Source of the DNA: a virus
Virus record (IMG/VR): IMGVR_UViG_3300022924_000016
Location: 32,001-96,000 of that record
Length of the DNA: 64,000 bases
Reading direction: 5' to 3' (one strand)
Both the position numbers and the translations under genes were made by a program. The notes under the pieces are model-generated. The model had not been told where the DNA came from, did no database searches, and was given only the letters and a program-made list of their open reading frames with translations. The first letter of the stretch is position 1. Each line of letters begins with the position of its first letter. Below, piece after piece: positions 29,789 through 38,815 of this stretch.

Positions 29789-30916
29789 ATGAAAAATCTT
29801 TTAGCACTAATTACAATTTTACTTTCTTCAACAATTTACTGCCAAACTCCCAGAGCGGGAGGAATTAATAACTTACAAGCAACAGTTTTAAATACAGTGC
29901 ATGATAATTTTGTAGGTGTTCAGACAACAAATTTAAACTCTTTCGCAGTTTACAGCTTTGGAAGTAATTTTGATTATAATCTAGGACTAAAATCTACAGA
30001 CAATATCTCTGAAGGAGTTACAAATAAATATTTCAGTAATACATTAGCTAGAAATGCTTTTAGTGCAGGGACAGGTTTAAATTATTCAGCAGGCATATAT
30101 AGCTTAGATAGTGCAACGCAAGGGACTCTAGCATCTATTAACAATAAATTCAATACCCCAACAGGTACTGTTGTGCAGTATTTAAGGGGAGATGGCTCCA
30201 TATCCAATTTTCCAACAATACCTTTAGCCCAAGTTAACAGTGATTGGAATTCAAATAGTGGTGTAAGTCAAATACTAAACAAACCAATATTATTTAGTGG
30301 TTCTTATACTGATTTATCTAATAAACCAACAATACCAGTTAATACAAATCAATTAATCAATGGTTCTGGATTTATTACTGGATATACTGAAATAGATCCT
30401 ACAGTTCCTTCTTATTCAAAAACACTAAGTTCTTTTAATATAATTAAAACTTCTACAGATGGGTTATATCAACCTTTAGGAAGCTATCTTACTAAAACTT
30501 TAGCTGATACATATTATTATCCATCGACAGGCAACCCTAGTGGATTCTTAACAAGTCTACCGACAAAAAGTTTTAATAATTCGGCGGTAAAAACGATAAA
30601 CGGAACAGGAGTTCAAATATCTACAACAAGAGATGCCTTTGTAACCTATACAGTAACTCACACTATAGCTTTGACATTGTTGTTAGCTTCAGGAAGTTCG
30701 CAAGTATTTTTAGAAGTAAGTCCAAATAATTCAACTTGGACTACAATAAGTCAAGCAGGGTATTCAGACGGAGTAGCAGTAGCCGTGGCACTCACAAAAA
30801 CAACTACGAACAACGTACAAGGAATGATTCCAGCAGGAAATTATGTCAGACTAAGAAGCGTGGTATCAGGTGGAGGGTCAACAACCTTCACAAACGGTCA
30901 AGAAGTACTTAATTAA
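29789..30916 (+). CDS. Fibre-like protein with predicted Sec signal peptide
   Basis: MKNLLALITILLSSTIYC-Q; fibre repeats TDNISEG, QYLRGDG, QVNSDWN..ILNKP, FSGSYTDLSNKP, EIDPTVP. Confidence 0.7.
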   Translation: MKNLLALITILLSSTIYCQTPRAGGINNLQATVLNTVHDNFVGVQTTNLNSFAVYSFGSNFDYNLGLKSTDNISEGVTNKYFSNTLARNAFSAGTGLNYSAGIYSLDSATQGTLASINNKFNTPTGTVVQYLRGDGSISNFPTIPLAQVNSDWNSNSGVSQILNKPILFSGSYTDLSNKPTIPVNTNQLINGSGFITGYTEIDPTVPSYSKTLSSFNIIKTSTDGLYQPLGSYLTKTLADTYYYPSTGNPSGFLTSLPTKSFNNSAVKTINGTGVQISTTRDAFVTYTVTHTIALTLLLASGSSQVFLEVSPNNSTWTTISQAGYSDGVAVAVALTKTTTNNVQGMIPAGNYVRLRSVVSGGGSTTFTNGQEVLN

Positions 30917-30935
30917 AAACCAAATAAAAACAAAA

Positions 30936-31142
30936 ATGAAATTATTCCACGACAGTGCTTATTTTGTAAGCGGTTCAAATCCAAATGCAATTCCTGACGC
31001 TATTAATGCCCTTAGAGATTTAGGTATAACAGTGGATGAATACGATCCCTATGATTTTGAAGCTTTGGGCATATACCTTTCAGCTACTGAACAGCAAAGG
31101 TCGGGTTTGCCACTTCCCCAGAAACCTAAGAAAAGAATTTAA
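30936..31142 (+). CDS. Small protein, 68 aa, with Pro/Lys-rich C-terminus
   Basis: ATG 30936 follows an A-rich leader (preferred over the GTG at 30870); ends LPLPQKPKKRI. Confidence 0.6.
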   Translation: MKLFHDSAYFVSGSNPNAIPDAINALRDLGITVDEYDPYDFEALGIYLSATEQQRSGLPLPQKPKKRI

Positions 31143-31153
31143 CTACTAAAAAT

Positions 31154-31182
31154 CCTCCCAGAGTAAAATTTGGGAGGTAATT
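31154..31182 (+). terminator. Hairpin, probable terminator or processing site
   Basis: CCTCCCAGA-GTAAAA-TTTGGGAGG in an intergenic gap; weak U-tract. Confidence 0.55.
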
Positions 31183-31195
31183 AAAAATTAAAAAC

Positions 31196-31561
31196 ATGTG
31201 TAAAGATATAAATTCCTGTGGTGACGTTACTTTTGCGCAGTGCGTGAGATACGAAGAAGATTTACCAGAATTTTCAAAAATAACAAAAGATTGTGTTAAT
31301 ATAGAAGATACCAACAAGGATATTTATGAGCTTATTGGAGAAATAAAAGAAGGGATTCCTGCAAATTTAACAACAAGATTAGAAGAATTAGAATCGCAGG
31401 TTTCAGAACTTCAAGAACAAGTAACAGCTTTACAGAATCAAAATGTTTGTTTAAAAGATATAACAGAATGTATTAATGTATCAACAATAGAAGATCCATG
31501 CGGGGAAGAAGTAACAAATTTAGGACAAGTTTTGAATTACATATTAAGCAGACTTCCCTAA
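31196..31561 (+). CDS. Cys-rich coiled-coil fibre-associated protein
   Basis: N-terminal C..C...AQCVRYE, central heptad coil, C-terminal LGQVLNYIL. Confidence 0.65.
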   Translation: MCKDINSCGDVTFAQCVRYEEDLPEFSKITKDCVNIEDTNKDIYELIGEIKEGIPANLTTRLEELESQVSELQEQVTALQNQNVCLKDITECINVSTIEDPCGEEVTNLGQVLNYILSRLP

Positions 31562-31893
31562 TAAGTAAAATAGCATATTTACCCGTAATACTAGCATTCA
31601 CATATTTGACTATATACAATTTCATTGATTTTAATTATTATATAAATCTGTATTCCAAGCTTGTGATAATAGACAATATAATGGTATTTTTTGCTATAAT
31701 AGGCTTTATTTTAGGAGGTTATAAAAAATGGAAATTGGAAGTCATAAGGTGTTTTTCTTTTGTTATAATACTTAACATTTTAACTGAATATGCAAGATAC
31801 TATGATGATATAGATTACTTCAAGTGTTACTTTGCGATACTTATTCTTTTCATAGTCTCTTTCACCATAACAAGCACACAAACTAATGATTGA
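31498..31893 (+). CDS. Four-TM membrane protein (lysis-associated?); start uncertain
   Basis: Four hydrophobic segments; the only ATG that keeps TM1 lies 64 nt inside the previous gene. Confidence 0.6.
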   Translation: MRGRSNKFRTSFELHIKQTSLISKIAYLPVILAFTYLTIYNFIDFNYYINLYSKLVIIDNIMVFFAIIGFILGGYKKWKLEVIRCFSFVIILNILTEYARYYDDIDYFKCYFAILILFIVSFTITSTQTND

Positions 31894-32221
31894 TAAAGCA
31901 CTAGAATTTCTAAAGACGCTTGTTACCCTCACCAATAGACAAATAATAATTTTACTTTTTTCAATAGTGGTGGCAGGTTTAGGAGTAGTTATATGGAAAC
32001 AGAATGAAATAATAAAGAGTAAAGATGAAGCTATTACTAATAATGATGTTAGATATAATAATAACATTGACGCTCTTCAAAATAAAATCAATGAACAAGA
32101 AAAGGAAAAATTTAAAATCAGCGACGATGCTCAAAAGTATTTCAGAGAAAGATTTGAAAAACTTGAAGAAGAGTCCCGTAGAAATTACAGAGAAGTAAGA
32201 CAAATAAAACCGAGTAAATAA
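31886..32221 (+). CDS. Holin-like single-TM plus coiled-coil protein
   Basis: IIILLFSIVVAGLGVVIW followed by a long coil; within the lysis cluster. Confidence 0.55.
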   Translation: MIDKALEFLKTLVTLTNRQIIILLFSIVVAGLGVVIWKQNEIIKSKDEAITNNDVRYNNNIDALQNKINEQEKEKFKISDDAQKYFRERFEKLEEESRRNYREVRQIKPSK

Positions 32222-32472
32222 TGAAGACATTAGGAGCATTAATTATAGGATTTTTTCTCGTACTATCAGTGAAGAACAATGAGAAAATTTACCCCGAAGT
32301 AGCGAAAATAAGTTTAGAAGAATCAAAAAGTTTTGAAGAAACAATGCAAGAAACCGATTTATATAAAAAGACAGTTATTGTAGAGGACACCATAATTCAG
32401 ACACAAAAAATATTAAGAGAAATAAAAGATGAAAAAACTCATAGACGATCTGCTGAAATCACCAAGTGGTAA
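32221..32472 (+). CDS. Small exported/membrane protein of the lysis cluster
   Basis: N-terminal MKTLGALIIGFFLVLSV. Confidence 0.55.
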   Translation: MKTLGALIIGFFLVLSVKNNEKIYPEVAKISLEESKSFEETMQETDLYKKTVIVEDTIIQTQKILREIKDEKTHRRSAEITKW

Positions 32473-32689
32473 GTATTCAAGAAAAAGTGTTATTATTATT
32501 ATAACATTTGCATTCACAATAATTTTAGGAAGTTATATAGTAGTAGCTGAAGTGTTGAATAGTTATGCCTCTGGAATATTTGATTCGTTATTAATATTTT
32601 TAAGTACCTTGCTTTCGATTTCGATTGCCGATAAGAAGATTTTAAATAAATCAGTACCGAATATAACTCAAGAAGAAACAGAAATATAA
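32429..32689 (+). CDS. Holin (two TM)
   Basis: GKYSRKSV followed by two TM helices; immediately upstream of the endolysin. Confidence 0.7.
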   Translation: MKKLIDDLLKSPSGKYSRKSVIIIITFAFTIILGSYIVVAEVLNSYASGIFDSLLIFLSTLLSISIADKKILNKSVPNITQEETEI

Positions 32690-32701
32690 AACCAAGAAAT
32701 A

Positions 32702-33457
32702 ATGCCTAAAGCAAAAGAAACAAAAAATTTAGTATTTCATACCTCAGCAGGATTTTCATTAGTTCCAGGAATAGAAGATTTTTGGAGAAATAATTTAAAA
32801 TGGAAATCAAAAGGGTATGCCGTAATTATAGAACCTAAAGGTAAAATTTGGTACTTGAACGACAACACTGCCAAATATGGATATGTTGAGAAATACAACC
32901 AAGGTAAATGTTTTGAATTTATTACTAATGGAGTAGCAGGAAACAACTCAAATAATGTACATATTTGCTACATAGGAGGGATAGAAGTTGCAGGAAAAGA
33001 TTCAAAAGGACAAAATATCTACAAAGGAAAAGACACAAGAACACTTGAACAGAAAGCCTCATTTGAAGTAGTTATAAAACAGTTTTTAGATTGGTGCAAC
33101 GCTAATGGAAAAGATACCAACTTTGCGACTGGCTTTGTGGGGCATAGGGACTTTTCTAAGGATTCTAATAAAGACGGCATAATTGCAAGTTGGGAAAGAA
33201 TTAAAGAGTGCCCTTGCTTTGATGCGATAAAAGAGTACGAAAAATACGCTTCTCCCGATAGAAAAGGATTACTACCTACAGTTCAATCTACTAAACCACA
33301 AACAATAAAAGATAATAGCTTCAAGTTTTATTCTGTAGTTGCGGGAGATACACTTTCAAAAATCGCCATAAAGAATAAAACGACAGTTATAAAAATTAAA
33401 AAAGATAACTCTTTGAATACCGACTTAATACAAATAGGACAAAAACTTAAAGTATAA
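32702..33457 (+). CDS. Endolysin: N-acetylmuramoyl-L-alanine amidase (Amidase_2, T7-lysozyme-like) with C-terminal LysM
   Basis: LVFHTSA, HICYIGG, DTRT..QK, GHRDFS, KECPCFD; LysM YSVVAGDTLSKIA...LIQIGQKLKV. Confidence 0.93.
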   Translation: MPKAKETKNLVFHTSAGFSLVPGIEDFWRNNLKWKSKGYAVIIEPKGKIWYLNDNTAKYGYVEKYNQGKCFEFITNGVAGNNSNNVHICYIGGIEVAGKDSKGQNIYKGKDTRTLEQKASFEVVIKQFLDWCNANGKDTNFATGFVGHRDFSKDSNKDGIIASWERIKECPCFDAIKEYEKYASPDRKGLLPTVQSTKPQTIKDNSFKFYSVVAGDTLSKIAIKNKTTVIKIKKDNSLNTDLIQIGQKLKV

Positions 33458-34101
33458 TGATAGCCTTAAAAACATATTGGAGAGAAATACTCATAGGATT
33501 GCTAGTAATTACAGTTATAGCTTTATTGAAAGATTGCAACCCTGAAACATCTACAGTCACTACTTATAAAGACGTAAAAGTAAAAGTCCCAGAAGTTGTC
33601 GGAACATTAATTCCTGAAACAAATACAGAATTACCAAGCAAAGGGACAGACTCAATAATCTACAAAGATAAGATTATATACTCGACTCATCCATTTGACA
33701 AGAATCTGGCAGAAAAATATTTAAAATCAACGGACAGCTTAAAGAACTTATTATTTATAAAATCAATTCAAGAAAAAGAAAATATAACTGATTTCTCAGA
33801 CAAAAATATAGAGTTAAAAGTAAGGACAACAGTACAAGGACAGCTTAAAGATATTAAGGCAGACTACAAGATAAAAGAAAGAGAAGTGATAGTTCAAGAA
33901 AAAACTATTACAAATACAGTATTAGTCGATAAGACTCCTAAAATTGGATTTCTGCTTGGAGGAGGTTATAACCATTCTTTAGATTTGAAAAATAATTCAA
34001 GTTTTGAAGTAAATGCAGGAATAAGAATAAAAAAAGTAACAGTATTAGGATCAGCCACAACAGAAAAAACAATAGGAGGAAAAATCCTCATAGAATTATG
34101 A
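33457..34101 (+). CDS. Putative spanin-like envelope protein
   Basis: N-terminal TM ending in LLKDC, periplasmic linker, C-terminal amphipathic beta-strands; coupled to the endolysin. Confidence 0.55.
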   Translation: MIALKTYWREILIGLLVITVIALLKDCNPETSTVTTYKDVKVKVPEVVGTLIPETNTELPSKGTDSIIYKDKIIYSTHPFDKNLAEKYLKSTDSLKNLLFIKSIQEKENITDFSDKNIELKVRTTVQGQLKDIKADYKIKEREVIVQEKTITNTVLVDKTPKIGFLLGGGYNHSLDLKNNSSFEVNAGIRIKKVTVLGSATTEKTIGGKILIEL

Positions 34102-34679
34102 AAACAGTAAAACAACTAATACAAGAATTAAACTGGTTTGATTTTTTAAGAAAGATTAAAGAGATTTTATTCAGGACTTCAGATAATCCGCTAAATTCCA
34201 AAATACAGGCAGGGGATAATATAACCTTATCAGGAGAGGGGACTGAGGAATCTCCTCTAACAATAAATTCAACAGGTGGAGGCTCAAGTGAAGTGCCTAC
34301 TCTTCAAGATGTAGTACATTCAGGTAACGTTATAACTTCGGGAATAGTTTCACAAGGAGCCCCTATTGAAGTCAGAGGTGGTGGAATGGATGTTTATGAC
34401 GGGATTAGTTTTATAAATCAGGCAGGAGATACAGTATCTTCTAGATTGAGTGCTTCTAATTCTAGTGGAATAACTACTCTTTCGCTCCAAAATGGACTTC
34501 CCTTAGATATAATAGGGGGGGTTAGGTTAAGTTCAGTAACTAATCAACAGTACAACAGAGGACTGGCGTTGAATTCTGATAATGAAATAGTAAGCTATGC
34601 TAATTCTGAAATTTCAGGAACTTTCACAACACCTGTTTCAATTACAGTAGTAAACGGAATAATAACAGCAATAACTTAA
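34098..34679 (+). CDS. Short tail-fibre-like protein
   Basis: IQAGDNITLSGEGTEESPLTINS, PTLQDVV and SGTFT..ITVVNGIITAI motifs. Confidence 0.7.
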   Translation: MKTVKQLIQELNWFDFLRKIKEILFRTSDNPLNSKIQAGDNITLSGEGTEESPLTINSTGGGSSEVPTLQDVVHSGNVITSGIVSQGAPIEVRGGGMDVYDGISFINQAGDTVSSRLSASNSSGITTLSLQNGLPLDIIGGVRLSSVTNQQYNRGLALNSDNEIVSYANSEISGTFTTPVSITVVNGIITAIT

Positions 34680-34686
34680 CTTAATT

Positions 34687-34887
34687 ATGACAGAGTGTAA
34701 TGATTGCATTGAATTAGAACAGGATTCGTGCCAAGGAGAAAAAAAATTTACAGAGTGCATAGTTTCAAAAAATGCTGTACCAATTTTAGGAATTGGTGTA
34801 AATGAGCCACTAGATATAACTATCATAAAATTATCAATAATAATACAAGGACTTGAAGCAAGAATTCAGGCTCTTGAAAACGCTTAA
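34687..34887 (+). CDS. Small Cys-rich fibre-associated protein
   Basis: CNDC...C...FTECI followed by LEARIQALE coil. Confidence 0.65.
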   Translation: MTECNDCIELEQDSCQGEKKFTECIVSKNAVPILGIGVNEPLDITIIKLSIIIQGLEARIQALENA

Positions 34888-34890
34888 AAA

Positions 34891-36678
34891 ATGTGTAAAA
34901 GTAATTGTGATTGCAAAAAATGCTTCTCGGACAATATATGCAACGAATGCCAAGTCAGAACAATGACTGACTGCATAACGGTGAATCCTGAATTACCTAA
35001 TATAGGAACAGAGGCAGGAGAAGTTTTGTCAACAGTTTTGGAGTTAATAGACGCACAGCTAAGTATAACACCGCCAGTACCTACGATATCCATAACAAAT
35101 GTAGGAGCAGGAGAAGAATTATATAAAGGCTTGAGTAATTTAGGCAATTATGAATTTAGAACCTTAGTTCCAGGGTCGGATACTGTAAGCATAGTTCAAA
35201 CCGCCGATACTATAATAATAGACTTCGAAGCACCTGTGGTAACACAGAGAACCTATAGTGCAGTAAATACAGGGACAACTGGCATAGGCGTATTTAGAGA
35301 CGCAACAGTAGGGTCTATAAACACACAGTTTAATTTTAAAAATATAAATTCTGTAAATACGGGCACAGGAACAGATCTCCTAAATGCAGTCGCACAAGTA
35401 GGGGATACTATAACAATCTCTGCAAAAAGAATTGCATCTGACAGTTTGATAATAACAGAGACTGACGGAACTATAAATATAGAGACTCCTACAATTGTAG
35501 ATATACCTAGATTTATAGTGAATTCAGCCTCACAGGCACCTACAGAAGACGGTACTATATCTAAGCCATTTAAAACGATACAGGGAGCACTAACTGCATT
35601 CGTAGGCACAGGCACAGCAATAGCTCCCCAATTTGCAGGAGCAGAAGTAGTAATTCAAAAAGGACTTGGATACTCATTTACAGGGAATTTTAATTACAAT
35701 TCACTTACCATAATATTAGAGGAGTCAACATCTATAGATTCAAATCCTGCTGTGGGAGATTTTATATGCGATTATGATGCACTTTCTGACACTTCATCTT
35801 CAATTAAGATTATAATAAAAGAAGATGCTTCCATCATACTTCAAAAATCAGGATTCAGGAATTCAGGAACAACCACAGCAACCAATAATTTTGCAAATAG
35901 TAAGAGTATTTCTATATCAGGAATGGGTAGCATTAGACAAGTAGTGAACAGCAACACCAATAGCTACAGAATTTTTGATTCTAATTATAATGCAACCAAT
36001 AGCTATAATAATGATGGAGCGTATCAGTTTACTGTATCAGGAATAATAATAGGTACAAATACACAGTCTATTTACAGAATAGGCGGTAATAGCAGGATAA
36101 TACTTGAAGAAGTCTTAATAAGCATTCAAGGTAGCAACACTCTACCAACTACAACTGAATTTTTTAACCAGGTGGGTGGTTCTGCGATATTTTCAAGGGC
36201 AAATCTCGAAATCATACCTGTATTTTCAATAACTTTAAACAGGTTGTTTCCTATATCTCAATCTGCTTCTGTAGCTACTACTTTAGTGTTTAATAATTGC
36301 AAACTTCGCGGAAAAGTACTAACACTTTTTGAAAATATAAGCGTACTTCAGCCTAGCCTGCAAGCATCTTCAAACACGACAGAATTTTTTAATTGTACCA
36401 ACATCATAAAATCTGGCTCTGTCTTCTGGACAAACTGTAGTATGTTTAATAATGTTTTTCAATCTGGTAGACCCGATTTTACACAAGTAGATCTGACAGG
36501 AGCTAATAACTATAGTACATATAATATATTTAACTCAAATGTGGTTGAAAATTTGAGATCTTTTTCAAGCAGGGCAGTGGCTGTAGCGTCAGGACTCAGA
36601 AAAGGGGAAAAATTTATAAATACCGCAGGAGTGGCATCTCCTACAACAGGTTGGATAATAGATACCGTAATGGAATAA
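34891..36678 (+). CDS. Tail spike with beta-helix (pectin-lyase-like) receptor-binding region
   Basis: Cys-rich N-terminus; two NVG.G..[LV][YF].....[YF].F[RK] repeats; DGTISKPFKTIQGAL beta-helix cap; N/S/T/I-rich repeats. Confidence 0.75.
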   Translation: MCKSNCDCKKCFSDNICNECQVRTMTDCITVNPELPNIGTEAGEVLSTVLELIDAQLSITPPVPTISITNVGAGEELYKGLSNLGNYEFRTLVPGSDTVSIVQTADTIIIDFEAPVVTQRTYSAVNTGTTGIGVFRDATVGSINTQFNFKNINSVNTGTGTDLLNAVAQVGDTITISAKRIASDSLIITETDGTINIETPTIVDIPRFIVNSASQAPTEDGTISKPFKTIQGALTAFVGTGTAIAPQFAGAEVVIQKGLGYSFTGNFNYNSLTIILEESTSIDSNPAVGDFICDYDALSDTSSSIKIIIKEDASIILQKSGFRNSGTTTATNNFANSKSISISGMGSIRQVVNSNTNSYRIFDSNYNATNSYNNDGAYQFTVSGIIIGTNTQSIYRIGGNSRIILEEVLISIQGSNTLPTTTEFFNQVGGSAIFSRANLEIIPVFSITLNRLFPISQSASVATTLVFNNCKLRGKVLTLFENISVLQPSLQASSNTTEFFNCTNIIKSGSVFWTNCSMFNNVFQSGRPDFTQVDLTGANNYSTYNIFNSNVVENLRSFSSRAVAVASGLRKGEKFINTAGVASPTTGWIIDTVME

Positions 36679-36702
36679 AAATTTTGTTTTCTTTTTTCTT
36701 GG

Positions 36703-36740
36703 AAGGAGGGTGAGGGATAATACCTTTGCTCTCCTTTTTT
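36703..36740 (+). terminator. Intrinsic terminator
   Basis: AAGGAGGGTGAGGG / CCTTTGCTCTCCTT 14-bp stem with G-U pairs, followed by a T-run. Confidence 0.8.
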
Positions 36741-36785
36741 AATAAATAATAAATTAATCAATTTTTTTAATCCAAAATTCTTTAG

Positions 36786-36793
36786 TAAATTTG
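36786..36793 (+). promoter_or_regulatory. Bacteroidota -7 promoter element
   Basis: TAAATTTG after the terminator and 20 nt before the start codon; no clear -33 TTTG. Confidence 0.55.
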
Positions 36794-36813
36794 CAAATAA
36801 TAAAAACACAATT

Positions 36814-37470
36814 TTGAAAAATTCTGAATTTGTAGACTTGGTTATAAATCAGGCGAAAGATAACAATATAGACTCCGTGCCTCCAAGAAGATATATCTTA
36901 AGAATGGGCAGAGCCTCCTCTATAAACTTAATAGCCCAAAAGCTTTTAGAAAGAACACTTTTCAGAGAAGCTTCCTTATTCACTACTCTAGAATGTATTG
37001 AATTAGAGAGAAGTGACAGAGTAAACTGTCCTTTGGTAGATTTAAGACGATGTGAGACTTTAATGAAATCTAAAAAACCTCTTCCTAAACCTGTTTTTAG
37101 CCGATTAGGGAGCTCTATTAAGAATATAAGGAGCGTTGATGGAGGATTTGAATTTTCAATTGGTTATGACACTCAAATAAGGCGGGATAAGAAAAGAAAA
37201 TACAATTATAAATCAGACGTTACAGTTTATATTGGAAGTGATTTGCATATCTATATTCCAGATGAAGAGATATATCACTTATCTGTAGATTTGATAACTT
37301 TAGAGACTGAAAAATGCGGTTGTGGGGATGAGTGCAAAAGTGGATGGGATTACGAGTTTATAGTTCCTGACAGATTTGTAAAAATAGTAATAGACGAAAC
37401 AGTTCAAAAAATACTTCTAAGAAAGCAGACACCCGAAGATCAAAACCCAAACGGCATAAACGGAAATTAG
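36814..37470 (+). CDS. Tail ring protein (putative)
   Basis: 218 aa; KSKKPLPK, YIYIP and WDYEFIVP pattern; synteny before the muzzle gene. Confidence 0.55.
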   Translation: MKNSEFVDLVINQAKDNNIDSVPPRRYILRMGRASSINLIAQKLLERTLFREASLFTTLECIELERSDRVNCPLVDLRRCETLMKSKKPLPKPVFSRLGSSIKNIRSVDGGFEFSIGYDTQIRRDKKRKYNYKSDVTVYIGSDLHIYIPDEEIYHLSVDLITLETEKCGCGDECKSGWDYEFIVPDRFVKIVIDETVQKILLRKQTPEDQNPNGINGN

Positions 37471-37938
37471 ATGGATCACAAATTTTTATTCTTCAAGGAA
37501 ATAGACTCGCTAGGAAGAGAATCTTATGAGTATTTCAAAAAAAATAAAAGATTTACGCATAAAAGTTATGACGAGTTTAAAAAATGGCTTATAATTGCAA
37601 GGGCTTTAGTGACTGAAATGAACATAATGTATGGGGAATCGGATGGTGGTTTGTATCTTAAAGATTTAGGTTATTTTTTATACCTTCCAAAATATTTAGC
37701 AAGAGGTAGAAAAATATCGGTAGTGAGAAGAAAAAAAGACAAGTTTAAATATGAGCAAAGTTTTATACCTCTGTGTAACGAGCTTTTAAGTTTCAGAATT
37801 GAAGGTACGTACCTCACTGACAAAGTATTGATACCCAACCTTAAAAAACTAGATCAAGCAGATGAATTTCAAAAACAAATCATCTATTTAAGAGGCAGAA
37901 TAAAATTCTTGCAACCCACCAAATATATGGAAATTTAA
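37471..37938 (+). CDS. IHF/HU-like DNA-binding protein (divergent)
   Basis: Basic 155-aa protein with GLYLKDLGYF strand motif typical of HU/IHF. Confidence 0.5.
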   Translation: MDHKFLFFKEIDSLGRESYEYFKKNKRFTHKSYDEFKKWLIIARALVTEMNIMYGESDGGLYLKDLGYFLYLPKYLARGRKISVVRRKKDKFKYEQSFIPLCNELLSFRIEGTYLTDKVLIPNLKKLDQADEFQKQIIYLRGRIKFLQPTKYMEI

Positions 37939-38804
37939 TGGATACGATATCAATAAACGAATTTATAGCCGAGATAGAGGCAAAATATCCTATACTTGCA
38001 GAGAGCGGAGATATAGATAAGTCCTCTATTGTATTTACTGTGATAAATGCTTTGAGAAAATTCGGAGTAAATGTACAGAATCTAAAAAGTGAATTTTTAG
38101 ATATAGATAATTCCAGAGCAATGCTTCCACAAGACTTTAAATCTTTAAGATTAGCTTATATCTTAGAACCTCTCGGATTTACAATATACGGAGACAGGCA
38201 AAATCTTACAGATAACTATGTTTATAGAGAAAGGATAGAAAATCCCGCTAGATGGAATGAACTTACGAATGAATATATGAAAAGCTGTGACACCAAAATA
38301 GTCACGGAAAAAATAACAATTAAGAGTTCCCAAATTCACACCCATTACAAACACCGTTTTTTAGAAATAGAAGGGACAGTTGAAGCAAATTCCTTAGCGG
38401 CTGACTGCCTTAATAAAAAACTTAGAGTGGACAGTCCTTACAAAGCAAGCATCTCAAACTCTATATTAAATACTAATTTCGACAAAGGTAAAGTTTATAT
38501 TCAGTATTACTCCTTACAGACAGATGAGAACGGAGACATGGTAATCCCTATATTTTCTACAGGAGCTATTTACGACTATATAGAGAATCTTGTAAAAATT
38601 GACATAACAGAGTACCTGATAAATAATAATCTGAATCCGCAAGGCATTTCACAGCTATACCAGAAGCTAGTACAAGAAACAGTTGGATTGAAATCTTTGG
38701 CAATGAAAGAGTCAAAATTTAAGGGATTGGGTAAAAATTGGAGTAAAAGTTTTTCAGAGAACAACAAGAAACACTTCTCAGGATATTTTAGATTTCCAAA
38801 ATAA
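37938..38804 (+). CDS. Tail ring protein (putative)
   Basis: AMLPQDF, TNFDKGKVYIQYYS and DENGDMVIP motifs of crAss-like tail tubular/ring proteins. Confidence 0.65.
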   Translation: MDTISINEFIAEIEAKYPILAESGDIDKSSIVFTVINALRKFGVNVQNLKSEFLDIDNSRAMLPQDFKSLRLAYILEPLGFTIYGDRQNLTDNYVYRERIENPARWNELTNEYMKSCDTKIVTEKITIKSSQIHTHYKHRFLEIEGTVEANSLAADCLNKKLRVDSPYKASISNSILNTNFDKGKVYIQYYSLQTDENGDMVIPIFSTGAIYDYIENLVKIDITEYLINNNLNPQGISQLYQKLVQETVGLKSLAMKESKFKGLGKNWSKSFSENNKKHFSGYFRFPK

Positions 38805-38815
38805 AATTAAAAACT

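Noticed and set aside
31553-31570. CCC-TAA +1 frameshift site at the end of the 121-aa gene
   Set aside because: The +1 frame reads CCT AAT AAG TAA and stops at once; reaching the membrane-protein frame needs -1, and there is no slippery heptamer
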